Part shown: positions 8,051 through 16,967 of the stretch, piece by piece | Layout: the number at the start of each line of letters is the position of its first letter | Position numbering within the stretch: the first letter of the stretch is position 1 | NCBI GenBank assembly: GCA_045863855.1 | Contig: BTVV01000075.1 | Span: 1-29,823 of the forward strand | Source: Planctomycetota bacterium | Lineage (GTDB): Bacteria; Planctomycetota; SZUA-567; H5-PLA8 | Reading direction: 5' to 3' | Length of the DNA: 29,823 nucleotides | Program-made: the position numbers and the translations under genes | The notes under the pieces: generated by a model | The model's input: the letters and a program-made list of their open reading frames with translations, nothing else | What the model was told of the DNA's origin: nothing | Databases searched by the model: none

Positions 8051-9336
8051 CTCCTGGCGCGGGCGGGATGTTCTGCGGGAGCTGCCTGCGGGATAACACG
8101 CTCGTGCGCGAACTGCGCCGCCTTGGGCATGAGGCGCTGATGGTGCCGCTGTACATGCCCCTGCAGGTGGACGAGGAAGATACGAGCGCGGGCACGCCCG
8201 TGTTCTTCGGCGGGATACACGTGTACCTCCAGCAGAAGTCCGGTCTGGGCAGCAAGCTGCCCGGCCTGATCGACCGCTGGCTGGCCGATCCCGCGGTGTT
8301 GCGCTGGGCGGCGGGGCTTTCGAGCAAAACGTCGCCCGCGGTGCTGGGCGAGTTGACCGTTTCGATGCTGCGCGGAGAGGACGGCCGGCAGGCGCACGAA
8401 TTGGCACGGTTGACGGAATGGTTGTCCGGCCAGCCGCGATTCGACGCGATCTGCCTTTCTAACGCGCTGTTGCTGGGCATGGCGCGGCGACTGCACGCGC
8501 AATTGGGCGTGCCGGTGTTCTGCACGCTCCACGGCGAAGACTACTTTCTCGATTCGCTGCCTGAGCCGCATCGCGGCACAGCATGGGCGTTGCTGCGCGA
8601 ACGCGCGGCGGAGATCGAAGGCTTTATTCCCGTGAGCGCGTATTACGGCGATGCGATGCGCGCGCGGCTGGACTTGCCGGCGGGCCGGTTTCATCCGGTG
8701 CATAACGGGATCGACCTGACCGGCTACGAGGCCGCGCCCGCGGCGCCGGAAGCGCCGGCGATCGGATACCTTGCGCGGTTCAGCCCCGAGAAGGGCCTGG
8801 CGACGCTGGTGGAAGCCTTCGCGCTCCTGCATCGGCGCATGCCGAACGTGCGTCTGAGGCTGGGCGGGAGCATGAGCCCCGCGGACGAGCCGTTTGTGAA
8901 GGCACTGCGGGCGGACTTGCGCGCACGCGGGCTGGATGCGCAGGTTTCGCTGCATCCGAATCTGACGCGTACCGAGAAGATCGCCTTCTTGCAATCGCTT
9001 TCGGTGCTTTCGGTGCCGGCGACGTACGGCGAAGCGTTCGGCTTGTACGTGTTGGAGGCTCTGGCATGTGGGGTGCCGGTGGTTCAACCGCGCCACGGGG
9101 CCTTCCCGGAGTTGCTGGAGAAGACCGGCGGCGGCATCCTATGCGCGCCGGATAACCCCGCCGCGCTGAGTACCGAGTTGGAAGCGCTGCTGCGGGATCC
9201 CAAGCGGGCGCGCGGACTGGGAGCGGAAGGCCGGGTGCGGGTGCGCGAGGCCTTTAGCGTGGAACGTATGGCGCGCGAGGTGCTCGCGGTATACGAACGA
9301 ACGGCGGCGGCAAAGGGTACTTCGCATGGCCAGTGA
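8032..9336 (+). CDS. Glycosyltransferase family 4 (GT-B, retaining)
   Basis: VHNGID, ARFSPEKG and the E-x7-E motif EAFGLYVLEALACGVPVV. N-terminal GAGGMFCGSCLRDN. GTG start overlaps the halogenase 3' end. Confidence 0.9.
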   Translation: MRVAQLTPGAGGMFCGSCLRDNTLVRELRRLGHEALMVPLYMPLQVDEEDTSAGTPVFFGGIHVYLQQKSGLGSKLPGLIDRWLADPAVLRWAAGLSSKTSPAVLGELTVSMLRGEDGRQAHELARLTEWLSGQPRFDAICLSNALLLGMARRLHAQLGVPVFCTLHGEDYFLDSLPEPHRGTAWALLRERAAEIEGFIPVSAYYGDAMRARLDLPAGRFHPVHNGIDLTGYEAAPAAPEAPAIGYLARFSPEKGLATLVEAFALLHRRMPNVRLRLGGSMSPADEPFVKALRADLRARGLDAQVSLHPNLTRTEKIAFLQSLSVLSVPATYGEAFGLYVLEALACGVPVVQPRHGAFPELLEKTGGGILCAPDNPAALSTELEALLRDPKRARGLGAEGRVRVREAFSVERMAREVLAVYERTAAAKGTSHGQ

Positions 9337-9748
9337 ATTTAAGGTGACGCGGCGGGTGGAATTCGGCGAGACGGATGCGGCTGGGATCATGCATTTCTCG
9401 AACTTTTTCCGGTTCATGGAGACGGCCGAACATGCCTTCTTTCGGTCGCTGGGGTTCTCGATTCATCCGCGCGAGCAGGACGGCGCTGTGGGCTGGCCGC
9501 GCGTGCAGGCGAGTTGCGAATACCGCAAGCCGCTGCGCTTCGAGGACGAGGTGGAGATCCACCTGCGCGTGCTGGAAAAGCGGGAGCGAGTGCTGCGGTA
9601 CGAGTTTGTGTTCCGGAAAGGCGGCGAGGAGGCCGCGCGCGGCCAGCTTGCCGTGGCGTGCGTGCGCAAACAGCCGGACGGCACGTTGAAGGCGGTGCCC
9701 ATTCCGGCCGAGATCGCGGCGCGCATCGAGCCGGCCGCGGGCGGATGA
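9326..9748 (+). CDS. Hot-dog-fold acyl-CoA thioesterase (4HBT/YbgC family)
   Basis: RRVEFGETDAAGIMHFSNFFRFME with Asp17, and CEYRKPLRFED. 140 aa. Confidence 0.9.
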   Translation: MASEFKVTRRVEFGETDAAGIMHFSNFFRFMETAEHAFFRSLGFSIHPREQDGAVGWPRVQASCEYRKPLRFEDEVEIHLRVLEKRERVLRYEFVFRKGGEEAARGQLAVACVRKQPDGTLKAVPIPAEIAARIEPAAGG

Positions 9749-9783
9749 ATTCCGCTCTTCATGCAACCAGGAGAGTCATTGCG

Positions 9784-10353
9784 ATGCCACCCGAACAGTC
9801 GATTTCCGGCGGAAGCAGTTGGCTGTTGTACGCGCTGCTGACCGTGGCTTCGTGGGGCCTGTACGGCGCCTTCCTGCATACGGGCCAGTTGGCGATGAAG
9901 GATCCCGAGAACGGGCGCTACAAAGCGTTTCTGCTCGTGGGCGTAGCGTACTTCCTGACGGCGGTTCTCGCGCCGCTGGCGATTCTTTGGTTCAACAAGG
10001 TCGAGCTGAAGTCTATCACGCAGCCGGGCATGCTGTGGTCGCTTTTCGCGGGCATTGTGGGTGCGCTCGGCGCGTTCTGCGTGCTGCTCTCGCTGGGCGC
10101 GGGCGGCAAACCGATCTTCGTGATGAGCGTTGTTTTCGCCGGCGCGCCGGTGGTCAACGCGCTGTACTCGATCGTCACGCATCCACCGGACGGAGGCTGG
10201 AGCAGCGTGAAGCCGCAGTTCTGGCTGGGGATCGTGCTGGCGGCATCGGGCGGGGCGCTGGTTTCTCTTTATAAGCCTCCACCGCCTAAGGCTCCGTCGG
10301 CGCAGACTGCGCCGAGCGTGCCCAGCGGCGCTCCGGCGCCCGGCGCTTCGTGA
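9784..10353 (+). CDS. Small multi-pass membrane protein (DMT/EamA-like)
   Basis: About 5 hydrophobic segments (WLLYALLTVASWG..., LWSLFAGIVGALGAFCVLL, GAPVVNAL, GIVLAASGGALV) and a Pro-rich tail. AGGAG lies 10 nt before ATG 9784; an alternative coupled start is ATG 9745. Confidence 0.7.
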   Translation: MPPEQSISGGSSWLLYALLTVASWGLYGAFLHTGQLAMKDPENGRYKAFLLVGVAYFLTAVLAPLAILWFNKVELKSITQPGMLWSLFAGIVGALGAFCVLLSLGAGGKPIFVMSVVFAGAPVVNALYSIVTHPPDGGWSSVKPQFWLGIVLAASGGALVSLYKPPPPKAPSAQTAPSVPSGAPAPGAS

Positions 10354-11657
10354 GCGCGTACGCGATGGATACCTCCGCCGCACCGGACGACCGGCTGGAA
10401 CTGGAGCGGACGCAACTCGAACGATTGCGCGTCTTGCTGGCGGCGTTGCAGCCGGCGAATGCGTTTTATGGCAAGAAGCTGAGCGGACTCAAGCTGGACG
10501 GTTCACTCGCTGAATTCATGGCGAAAGCGCCCTTTACCTTAAAGCGTGAGTTAATCGAAGATCAGCAGGCGCACGGTCCATTCGGCTCGAACCTGACGTA
10601 CCCGTTGGAACGCTATACGCGCTTTCATCAGACCAGCGGCAGCATGGGCCGGCCGATGCGCTGGCTGGATACAGCGGAGGATTGGCAGGCGCTGCTGGAG
10701 TGCTGGAAGCGCGTTTTCGCGGCGGCTCATGTAGGCGCTTCGGACCGCGTATTCTTCGCGTTCTCGTTCGGGCCGTTCCTGGGCTTCTGGACCGCGTTCG
10801 AAGCCGCGCTTCAACTTGGTTGCATGTGCATTCCCGGAGGCGGGATGAGCAGCCAAGCGCGGCTGCAGGCGATCCTCGAGAACGAAGCCACGGTGCTGTG
10901 CTGTACGCCCACGTACGCTCTGCGTCTGGCGGAAGTGGCGCGCGAGGAAGGCTTGCGGATGGAGCGCTCGCGGGTGCGAACAATTCTGGTGGCGGGCGAA
11001 CCGGGCGGTTCGGCGCCGGCCACGCGTCTGCGTATCGAGCAACACTGGCCGGGCGCGCGCGTGTACGATCATCACGGCATGACGGAAGTGGGCCCGGTGA
11101 GCTACGCATGCCCCGCGCGTTCGGACGTGCTGCATGTGATCGAGGAGGCGTACCTCGCCGAAGTGGTGGATCCGCAAAGCGGAAGGGCGGCAACGCCGGG
11201 CAAGCCCGGCGAGCTGGTGCTGACGACTCTCCTGCGCACGGGCTCCCCGTTGCTGCGCTACCGTACGGGCGATTGGGTTCAGGCGGCCACCGTTTCGCCG
11301 TGTCCATGCGGAAGCGTGGAACTGGCGCTCGAAGGCGGTATCCTGGGCCGCACCGACGACATGGTGGTGGTGCGCGGGGTGAATGTGTACCCGAGCGCGG
11401 TGGACGAGGTGGTGCGTTCTTGCGGTGAAGTGGCCGAATACCGGGTGAGCGTATACGAGTCGCGCGGCATGACCGAGATCAAGGTGACGATCGAACCGGA
11501 TTCGAAATGCGCAGACGCTCAAGGATTGGCGCGGCGTTTGGAAGAACGGCTGCGCGAAGCGTTCCATTTGCGCGTACCCGTCGATACGGTCTCGAACGGC
11601 GCGCTGCCTCGGTTCGAAATGAAGGCCAAGCGCTGGGCGCGCCGGGATGCGGAATAG
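10350..11657 (+). CDS. Phenylacetate-CoA ligase family (PaaK-like) aryl/acyl-CoA ligase
   Basis: ANL motifs TSGSMG, GEPGG, HHGMTEVG, RYRTGD, GRTDDM...RGVNVYPS and C-terminal KAKR. GTGA overlap with the upstream stop. Confidence 0.9.
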   Translation: MSAYAMDTSAAPDDRLELERTQLERLRVLLAALQPANAFYGKKLSGLKLDGSLAEFMAKAPFTLKRELIEDQQAHGPFGSNLTYPLERYTRFHQTSGSMGRPMRWLDTAEDWQALLECWKRVFAAAHVGASDRVFFAFSFGPFLGFWTAFEAALQLGCMCIPGGGMSSQARLQAILENEATVLCCTPTYALRLAEVAREEGLRMERSRVRTILVAGEPGGSAPATRLRIEQHWPGARVYDHHGMTEVGPVSYACPARSDVLHVIEEAYLAEVVDPQSGRAATPGKPGELVLTTLLRTGSPLLRYRTGDWVQAATVSPCPCGSVELALEGGILGRTDDMVVVRGVNVYPSAVDEVVRSCGEVAEYRVSVYESRGMTEIKVTIEPDSKCADAQGLARRLEERLREAFHLRVPVDTVSNGALPRFEMKAKRWARRDAE

Positions 11658-11663
11658 ACGGCC

Positions 11664-12377
11664 ATGAGCGAGCAGGCGGGTAACGCTGCGTTGATGGAAT
11701 TGGAGCGCGTCGGCAAAGCGTACACGCCGCCGGCCGGCGGCGCTCCGGTGAGCGTGCTGCGTGGTATTGACCTGCGCATCGGTGCTGGAGAGTCGGTGGC
11801 CATCGTGGGGCCATCCGGTTCGGGCAAGAGTACGCTGCTGAATATCCTCGGTACGCTGGACCGGCCCTCGGAAGGGCGCGTGCGGCTGAACGGTGAGGAC
11901 CTCGCGGCATTGGACGACGAACAGCTCGCGCGCATTCGCAGCCGCAAGATCGGTTTTATCTTTCAAGCGCATCACTTATTGCCGCAGTGTTCGGTGCTGG
12001 AAAACGTGCTGCTTCCCACGCTCGTTCCGGGATTGGCGACGAACGGCGCCGAAGCGCGCGCGAAGGAACTGCTTGGAAGGGTCGGATTGTCCGAGCGGAT
12101 CGGCCACCGGCCGGGCGAGCTTTCGGGCGGCGAATGCCAGCGTGTGGCGGTGGTTCGGGCGTTGATCAACCAGCCCGTGGCGGTGCTGGCCGACGAGCCG
12201 ACAGGCGCGCTGGACGGCGAGCACGCCGATCGGCTCGCGGATTTGCTGGTCGAATTGAACCGCGATTTGGGCTTGACGCTGGTCGCGGTTACGCACGCGC
12301 CGGCGCTGGCGGCGCGCATGGGCCGGGTGCTGGAATTGCGCGGCGGGCAGCTACGGCCGGCGGATCGAACGTCATGA
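11664..12377 (+). CDS. ABC transporter ATP-binding protein (LolD/MacB-type)
   Basis: Walker A GPSGSGKST, IGFIFQ, signature LSGGECQRVA, Walker B LADEPTG and VTH. Confidence 0.95.
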   Translation: MSEQAGNAALMELERVGKAYTPPAGGAPVSVLRGIDLRIGAGESVAIVGPSGSGKSTLLNILGTLDRPSEGRVRLNGEDLAALDDEQLARIRSRKIGFIFQAHHLLPQCSVLENVLLPTLVPGLATNGAEARAKELLGRVGLSERIGHRPGELSGGECQRVAVVRALINQPVAVLADEPTGALDGEHADRLADLLVELNRDLGLTLVAVTHAPALAARMGRVLELRGGQLRPADRTS

Positions 12378-15300
12378 ATTTCGCCACGCTGGTGCGGCGG
12401 AGTTTGCGCTATCACGGCCGCGCGCAAGCGGGGGTCATGCTGGGTGCGGCGGTGGGGAGCGCGGTGCTGGTCGGCGCGCTGCTGGTCGGCGATTCGGTTC
12501 GATACACGTTGAAGCAGATGGCCGCGGCGCGGCTGGGGCCGGTGGACTATGCGCTGGTGGGCGGCGACCGGCTTTTTCGAGAAGGACTGAGCGCCGACAT
12601 GGCCAGAAGCACCGGAGGCCGCGCGGCTCCGGTGCTGCTTGTTCCGGGCACGGCCGCGCGTTCCGATGGCGCCGCGCGCGCCAACCGAGTGCAGGTGCTC
12701 GGCACGGATTGGCGGTTCTGGGACCTGAGCCAAATTCCGGACCCGTTCGATTCCAAACCGCATCCATTCGTGGCGCCGGCGCCCGAAGTCGTATGGCTGA
12801 ACGAGCGGCTGGCCAATCATTTAAAGGCGAACGTAGGCGACGAAGTCGTTCTGCGGGTGCAGAAGCCGAGCCTCTTTTCGCGCGATGCGCCACTTGCTCC
12901 GGAAGAAGATTCGAGCGTAGCCCTGCGCCTTAAGGTGGGTGCCGTGGCCGGCGACGCACAGTTCGGGCGGTTCGGCCTGCAGGCCAGCCAGGTGCCTCCG
13001 TTCACCGCCTTCGTGCCGCTGCGACTGCTGCAGACGAAACTGGACGCGCCACGGCGCGCCAACCTGCTGCTGCTGGACGCCGACGGCTTGCCGCTTGAGC
13101 GCGTGCAGGCGGCGCTTGCCGAATCCTGGAGTCTCGACGACGCGGGGTTGAGCGTGCGCGAAACGCCGGAGGGCGGCTGGGAATTGCGTTCGGCGCATGT
13201 CTTCTTCGATGCCGCAGTTCGCGATGCGGCATTGGGCGTCGAGACGAATCCGGCCCCGCGTGGCGTGCTGACGTACCTCGTGAACGAGATTCGATTCGGG
13301 GAGCATACGGTTCCGTACAGCATGGTCACGGCGCTGGAAGGCGACCCGGCGCCGGCCGATTTGCGCCCCGACGAGATCGTCGTGAACGCTTGGCTGGCCG
13401 AGGATTTGGGATGCAAGCCGGGCGACAGGATCGAGCTTGCTTATTTCGTGGTCGGGCCGATGCGTACGCTGGTGGAGGAATCTGCGGAGTTCAAGGTGCG
13501 GTCGATCGTCCCTCTTTCTGGAGCGGCCGCGGATGCTACGATGATGCCTGACTTTCCAGGATTGAAGGACAGCGCGTCCTGCCGCGAATGGGATCCGGGC
13601 TTTCCGCTGAAGGTCGACAAGATCCGGGACCGCGACGAAGAATACTGGGACGCGCATAAAGGCACGCCCAAAGCGTTTATCTCGTTGGCGGCGGGCCGAT
13701 CCTTGTGGCAAAGCCGCTTCGGCGATTTGACCGCTGTTCGATACGGCGGCGATACATCGGCCGAAGATCTGGATGTCGCCTTGCGTGCACGGCTGACGCC
13801 GGCGCTCGTGGGACTTACCTTCGAAGCCGTGTCTGAGAGAGCGGCGCGTGCAAGCGCGGAGGCGCTCGACTTTGGACCGCTCTTTCTGGGCTTCAGTTTC
13901 TTTCTTATTTCCTCGGCGTTGCTGCTGTTGGGCCTGCTTTTCGGTTTTGCGCTCGAACGGCGCACGGAGGAGATCGGAATACTTTTGGCACTCGGATTTC
14001 CGCGCGCCTGGGTGCGGCGCATGTTGTTGACGGAAGGCGCGGCGGTAGCGCTGCTGGGCGGCGTGCTGGGCGCCGCGGCAGGCGCGGCGTATGCGCGCGC
14101 GATGCTGTACGGGCTATCCACCGCGTGGCAAGATGCCGTCGGCACCGGGACGCTCTATTATCACGCCGAGCCGCTCACCTGGGTGCTGGGACTGAGCGTA
14201 TCCACGGCGCTGGCGGTGTTGTCGGTGGCGTTCGTATTGCGCCGCCAGAGCTGCCGTTCCGCGCGGGAGTTGCTTTCGCACGGCGCGGGATTGGCCCTCT
14301 CGGCCAATGGCGGAACGAGTCGGCTTACTTGGGGGGTAGCGCTGGGCGGAATCTTCGGTGCTGCCGCGCTGGCGTTTGTTTTTTGGGGCCGGCGCGATCC
14401 GGCCGCGGCGGGCGTTTTTTTCGGCGCGGGCGCGTTGCTGCTTTCGTCGGGCATCGCGGGCTGCGGACTGGCGCTGCGCGGTCTCGGCTCGTCGGCCGCG
14501 CGATTCTCGCTGGGGCGGCTGGCCTTACTGGGCATGGCGCGGCGTCCGGGGCGGAGTTTGGCGACCGTGGGGCTGTTGGCTTCGGGGTCCTTCCTGGTGG
14601 CCGCGGTGGGTGCGTTTCGACTCGATGCGGACCAAGGCGCGCAAGAGCGCCATTCGGGTACGGGCGGCTTCACGTTTTACGGCGAGAGTGCGTTTGCCGT
14701 GGTGCATGACCTGAGTTCGAAAGACGGCCGGCGCATGTACGCGCTGGACGACGAATACATGGCCGACGTGAGCTGGGTTCCGTTTCGCCTGCAGCCGGGC
14801 GACGAAGCGAGTTGTTTGAATTTGAATCGCGCGCAGGCGCCGCAGGTGCTGGGCGCGCCGGTGCAGGCACTGGCCGAGCGCCAGGCGTTTGCGTTTGCGG
14901 AGGTCATGCCGGGCCGTGAGGCGGCCGGAAGCCCCTGGACCTTGCTCGAAGCGGAAGAGCCGGACGGCGCAATTCCGGCTATGGTCGATCAGAACTCGCT
15001 GCTCTGGGCCTTAGGCAAGCAGGTGGGCCAGACGCTGACGCTCACCAACGAGCGCGGCCAAGCGTTCACCGTTCGCGTAGTGGCCGCCTTGGCTCCGAGT
15101 GTTCTTCAAGGCAGCGTAATCTTGAGTGAGCAGGCATTCATGAAACAGTACCCTACGGTTTCCGGATATCGAATATTTCTGGTGGACGCACCGTTTAACC
15201 GTCAGGATACCCTCTTGGCGTATCTGTCGCGCCAGTTGCAGGATACGGGCATGGAACTGATGCCCGCGGCGCGGCGGCTGGCCGAGTTCAATGCCGTGCA

Positions 15301-15682
15301 GAATACCTACCTGTCCACATTTCAGGTGCTGGGCGGATTGGGGTTGATGCTAGGCAGTTTGGGACTGGGTGTGGTTGTGCTTCGTAACGTACTGGAACGG
15401 CGCGGCGAATTGGGCGTGATGCGCGCGGTCGGGTTCCCGTCGGCCGTCCTGGGCAAGGTGCTGTTGGGCGAGCACGCGGCGCTGTTGTCAGCGGGTTTGG
15501 GGTGCGGGTTATGCGCAGCGGCACTGGCGGTATGGCCCGCGCTGCACGGAAGTTCCGCCGCCTTGCCCGTCTCGCTGCTGGCGACGCTGGCCGCTGTTTG
15601 GTTGCTGGGCTTACTGGTGACTTGGGCCGCCACGCGCGCCGCCTTGAGCGGCGAACCGCTGGCCGCACTGCGCCAGGAGTAA
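12374..15682 (+). CDS. ABC transporter permease, duplicated FtsX/MacB-type (~1102 aa)
   Basis: Start at the ATGA overlap (12374), not 11987. Two FtsX-like motifs (ERRTEEIGILLALGF and ERRGELGVMRAVGF), two large extracytoplasmic domains and multiple TM helices. Confidence 0.88.
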   Translation: MNFATLVRRSLRYHGRAQAGVMLGAAVGSAVLVGALLVGDSVRYTLKQMAAARLGPVDYALVGGDRLFREGLSADMARSTGGRAAPVLLVPGTAARSDGAARANRVQVLGTDWRFWDLSQIPDPFDSKPHPFVAPAPEVVWLNERLANHLKANVGDEVVLRVQKPSLFSRDAPLAPEEDSSVALRLKVGAVAGDAQFGRFGLQASQVPPFTAFVPLRLLQTKLDAPRRANLLLLDADGLPLERVQAALAESWSLDDAGLSVRETPEGGWELRSAHVFFDAAVRDAALGVETNPAPRGVLTYLVNEIRFGEHTVPYSMVTALEGDPAPADLRPDEIVVNAWLAEDLGCKPGDRIELAYFVVGPMRTLVEESAEFKVRSIVPLSGAAADATMMPDFPGLKDSASCREWDPGFPLKVDKIRDRDEEYWDAHKGTPKAFISLAAGRSLWQSRFGDLTAVRYGGDTSAEDLDVALRARLTPALVGLTFEAVSERAARASAEALDFGPLFLGFSFFLISSALLLLGLLFGFALERRTEEIGILLALGFPRAWVRRMLLTEGAAVALLGGVLGAAAGAAYARAMLYGLSTAWQDAVGTGTLYYHAEPLTWVLGLSVSTALAVLSVAFVLRRQSCRSARELLSHGAGLALSANGGTSRLTWGVALGGIFGAAALAFVFWGRRDPAAAGVFFGAGALLLSSGIAGCGLALRGLGSSAARFSLGRLALLGMARRPGRSLATVGLLASGSFLVAAVGAFRLDADQGAQERHSGTGGFTFYGESAFAVVHDLSSKDGRRMYALDDEYMADVSWVPFRLQPGDEASCLNLNRAQAPQVLGAPVQALAERQAFAFAEVMPGREAAGSPWTLLEAEEPDGAIPAMVDQNSLLWALGKQVGQTLTLTNERGQAFTVRVVAALAPSVLQGSVILSEQAFMKQYPTVSGYRIFLVDAPFNRQDTLLAYLSRQLQDTGMELMPAARRLAEFNAVQNTYLSTFQVLGGLGLMLGSLGLGVVVLRNVLERRGELGVMRAVGFPSAVLGKVLLGEHAALLSAGLGCGLCAAALAVWPALHGSSAALPVSLLATLAAVWLLGLLVTWAATRAALSGEPLAALRQE

Positions 15683-15704
15683 GTCGTAAAGGAGGCATGT
15701 AACG

Positions 15705-16343
15705 ATGCGCACGATCTGGATCTGTTGTCTGGCCGCGTGGGCGTGCGGGTGGGCGATGGCCGGCGAACCCGAAGCCCACAAGGACGATTTACAGCAAGCG
15801 GAACTTGGACCCCTTCCCGAGCGCTTCATGGTATTAGGCGGCACTTGGACGGTAGCCGCGGAAGGCGAGAACAAGTATCTGGAACTGGCGCCGCATCCGC
15901 TGGAGTCGCATTGCGTGCTCTTCGGTCCGACGCTGGCTGCCGGCGGCATCGTGTCGGGGCGCATCCAAAGCACCCAAAAGGGGCGACGGAGCTTCCCCTC
16001 GTTCGGCTTCGGATTGGGTGGCGTCACGGGGTTCATGCTGCGGTTTTCGCCCGCCAAGGGCAAGCTGGAACTTCTGCTGGATCAGCAACCGTTGGCGGAA
16101 GCGGACGCGCCCGAATGGAAGAGCGGTTCGTGGATGCGGCTTAAGTTTCAGGTGCGCAAGGGCGAAGGCGAGACGTGGATACTGGAAGGCAAGGCTTGGG
16201 CGGACGGCCAAGCGGAACCCGAAAACTGGTCCATCAAGCATGAATCGAAGGAAGCGCCGCCTGCGGGCCGAGCGGGGCTATGGGGTATGCCCTATGCGGG
16301 CACGCCGATTCGATTCGACGATCTGGATGTCCGCGCGCCGTGA
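15705..16343 (+). CDS. Exported hypothetical protein, likely beta-sandwich (LamG/DUF1080-like)
   Basis: Signal peptide (MRTIWICCLAAWACGWAMA) and strong AAAGGAGG RBS. Beta-rich pattern W.RLKFQV, GKAW...EP.W, GRAGLWG...IRFDDL.V. Confidence 0.65.
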   Translation: MRTIWICCLAAWACGWAMAGEPEAHKDDLQQAELGPLPERFMVLGGTWTVAAEGENKYLELAPHPLESHCVLFGPTLAAGGIVSGRIQSTQKGRRSFPSFGFGLGGVTGFMLRFSPAKGKLELLLDQQPLAEADAPEWKSGSWMRLKFQVRKGEGETWILEGKAWADGQAEPENWSIKHESKEAPPAGRAGLWGMPYAGTPIRFDDLDVRAP

Positions 16344-16346
16344 ATA

Positions 16347-16727
16347 TCAGACCGGCCCGCCGCCGCCCCCGCGCAGCAAGGCAATCAGGGCGAGAATGGC
16401 CATAAAGACGCTGGGCGCCAAATAGATCAAGCCGATGTTTTTGGCCCGGTCGCCGCCCTTCGCGCCGATGCTGTTCACGTGGTAAATGGCCAGAAACGAA
16501 TAGTTAATGCCCACAACGATGCCGATGGTGAAACTCGCCATCAGGTGCTCCGTCGAAGTCATCACGTAACAGACGCAACAGATCCAACCCAAGAAGAGCA
16601 AGGTTTGGATCAGATCGTTGCGAGTCCAATTAAAAAAGAGTTCCGCGAAGGTGCGCTTGGGTGGCAGAGGCTGACCGGCGGTAGAAGGGCTGGCCGGTTC
16701 GGACTGATTCTCGCTCATGGCGCTCAT
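16347..16727 (-). CDS. Hypothetical membrane protein (~3 TM)
   Basis: 126-aa ORF with three hydrophobic segments. It fills the gap between convergent and divergent neighbours. Confidence 0.65.
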   Translation of the reverse strand: MSAMSENQSEPASPSTAGQPLPPKRTFAELFFNWTRNDLIQTLLFLGWICCVCYVMTSTEHLMASFTIGIVVGINYSFLAIYHVNSIGAKGGDRAKNIGLIYLAPSVFMAILALIALLRGGGGGPV

Positions 16728-16967
16728 AATAACGCATTTTTCCCGAAATCGACCAGTGCCGGAAGTTCTTCATTTCGAATGCACGGATGCAAACGCAAAA
16801 GCGTACCCCTCAGTCGGTATGACCTTTGCATTGCCCGCTCTTCGGGGTGTGAGGGACAGCGCGACAAGTCGAAATGGGGTAGCGCTGGCGGGAATCCCCA
16901 CACGGGTTCGTTCGACAGGCAAACAATGGGTGTTCATCGAACACCCCAGCAAGCGGAGCGCGATGCC

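Noticed and set aside
10350..11657. Phenylacetate catabolism (paaK)
   Set aside because: No paaABCDE, paaG or paaZ in the window, and the neighbouring genes are biosynthetic tailoring enzymes.
16741..16768. SigmaE-like promoter on the minus strand (GAACTT-N16-TCGGG) before the 126-aa gene
   Set aside because: The -10 match is poor and the motif is short, so it cannot be distinguished from chance.
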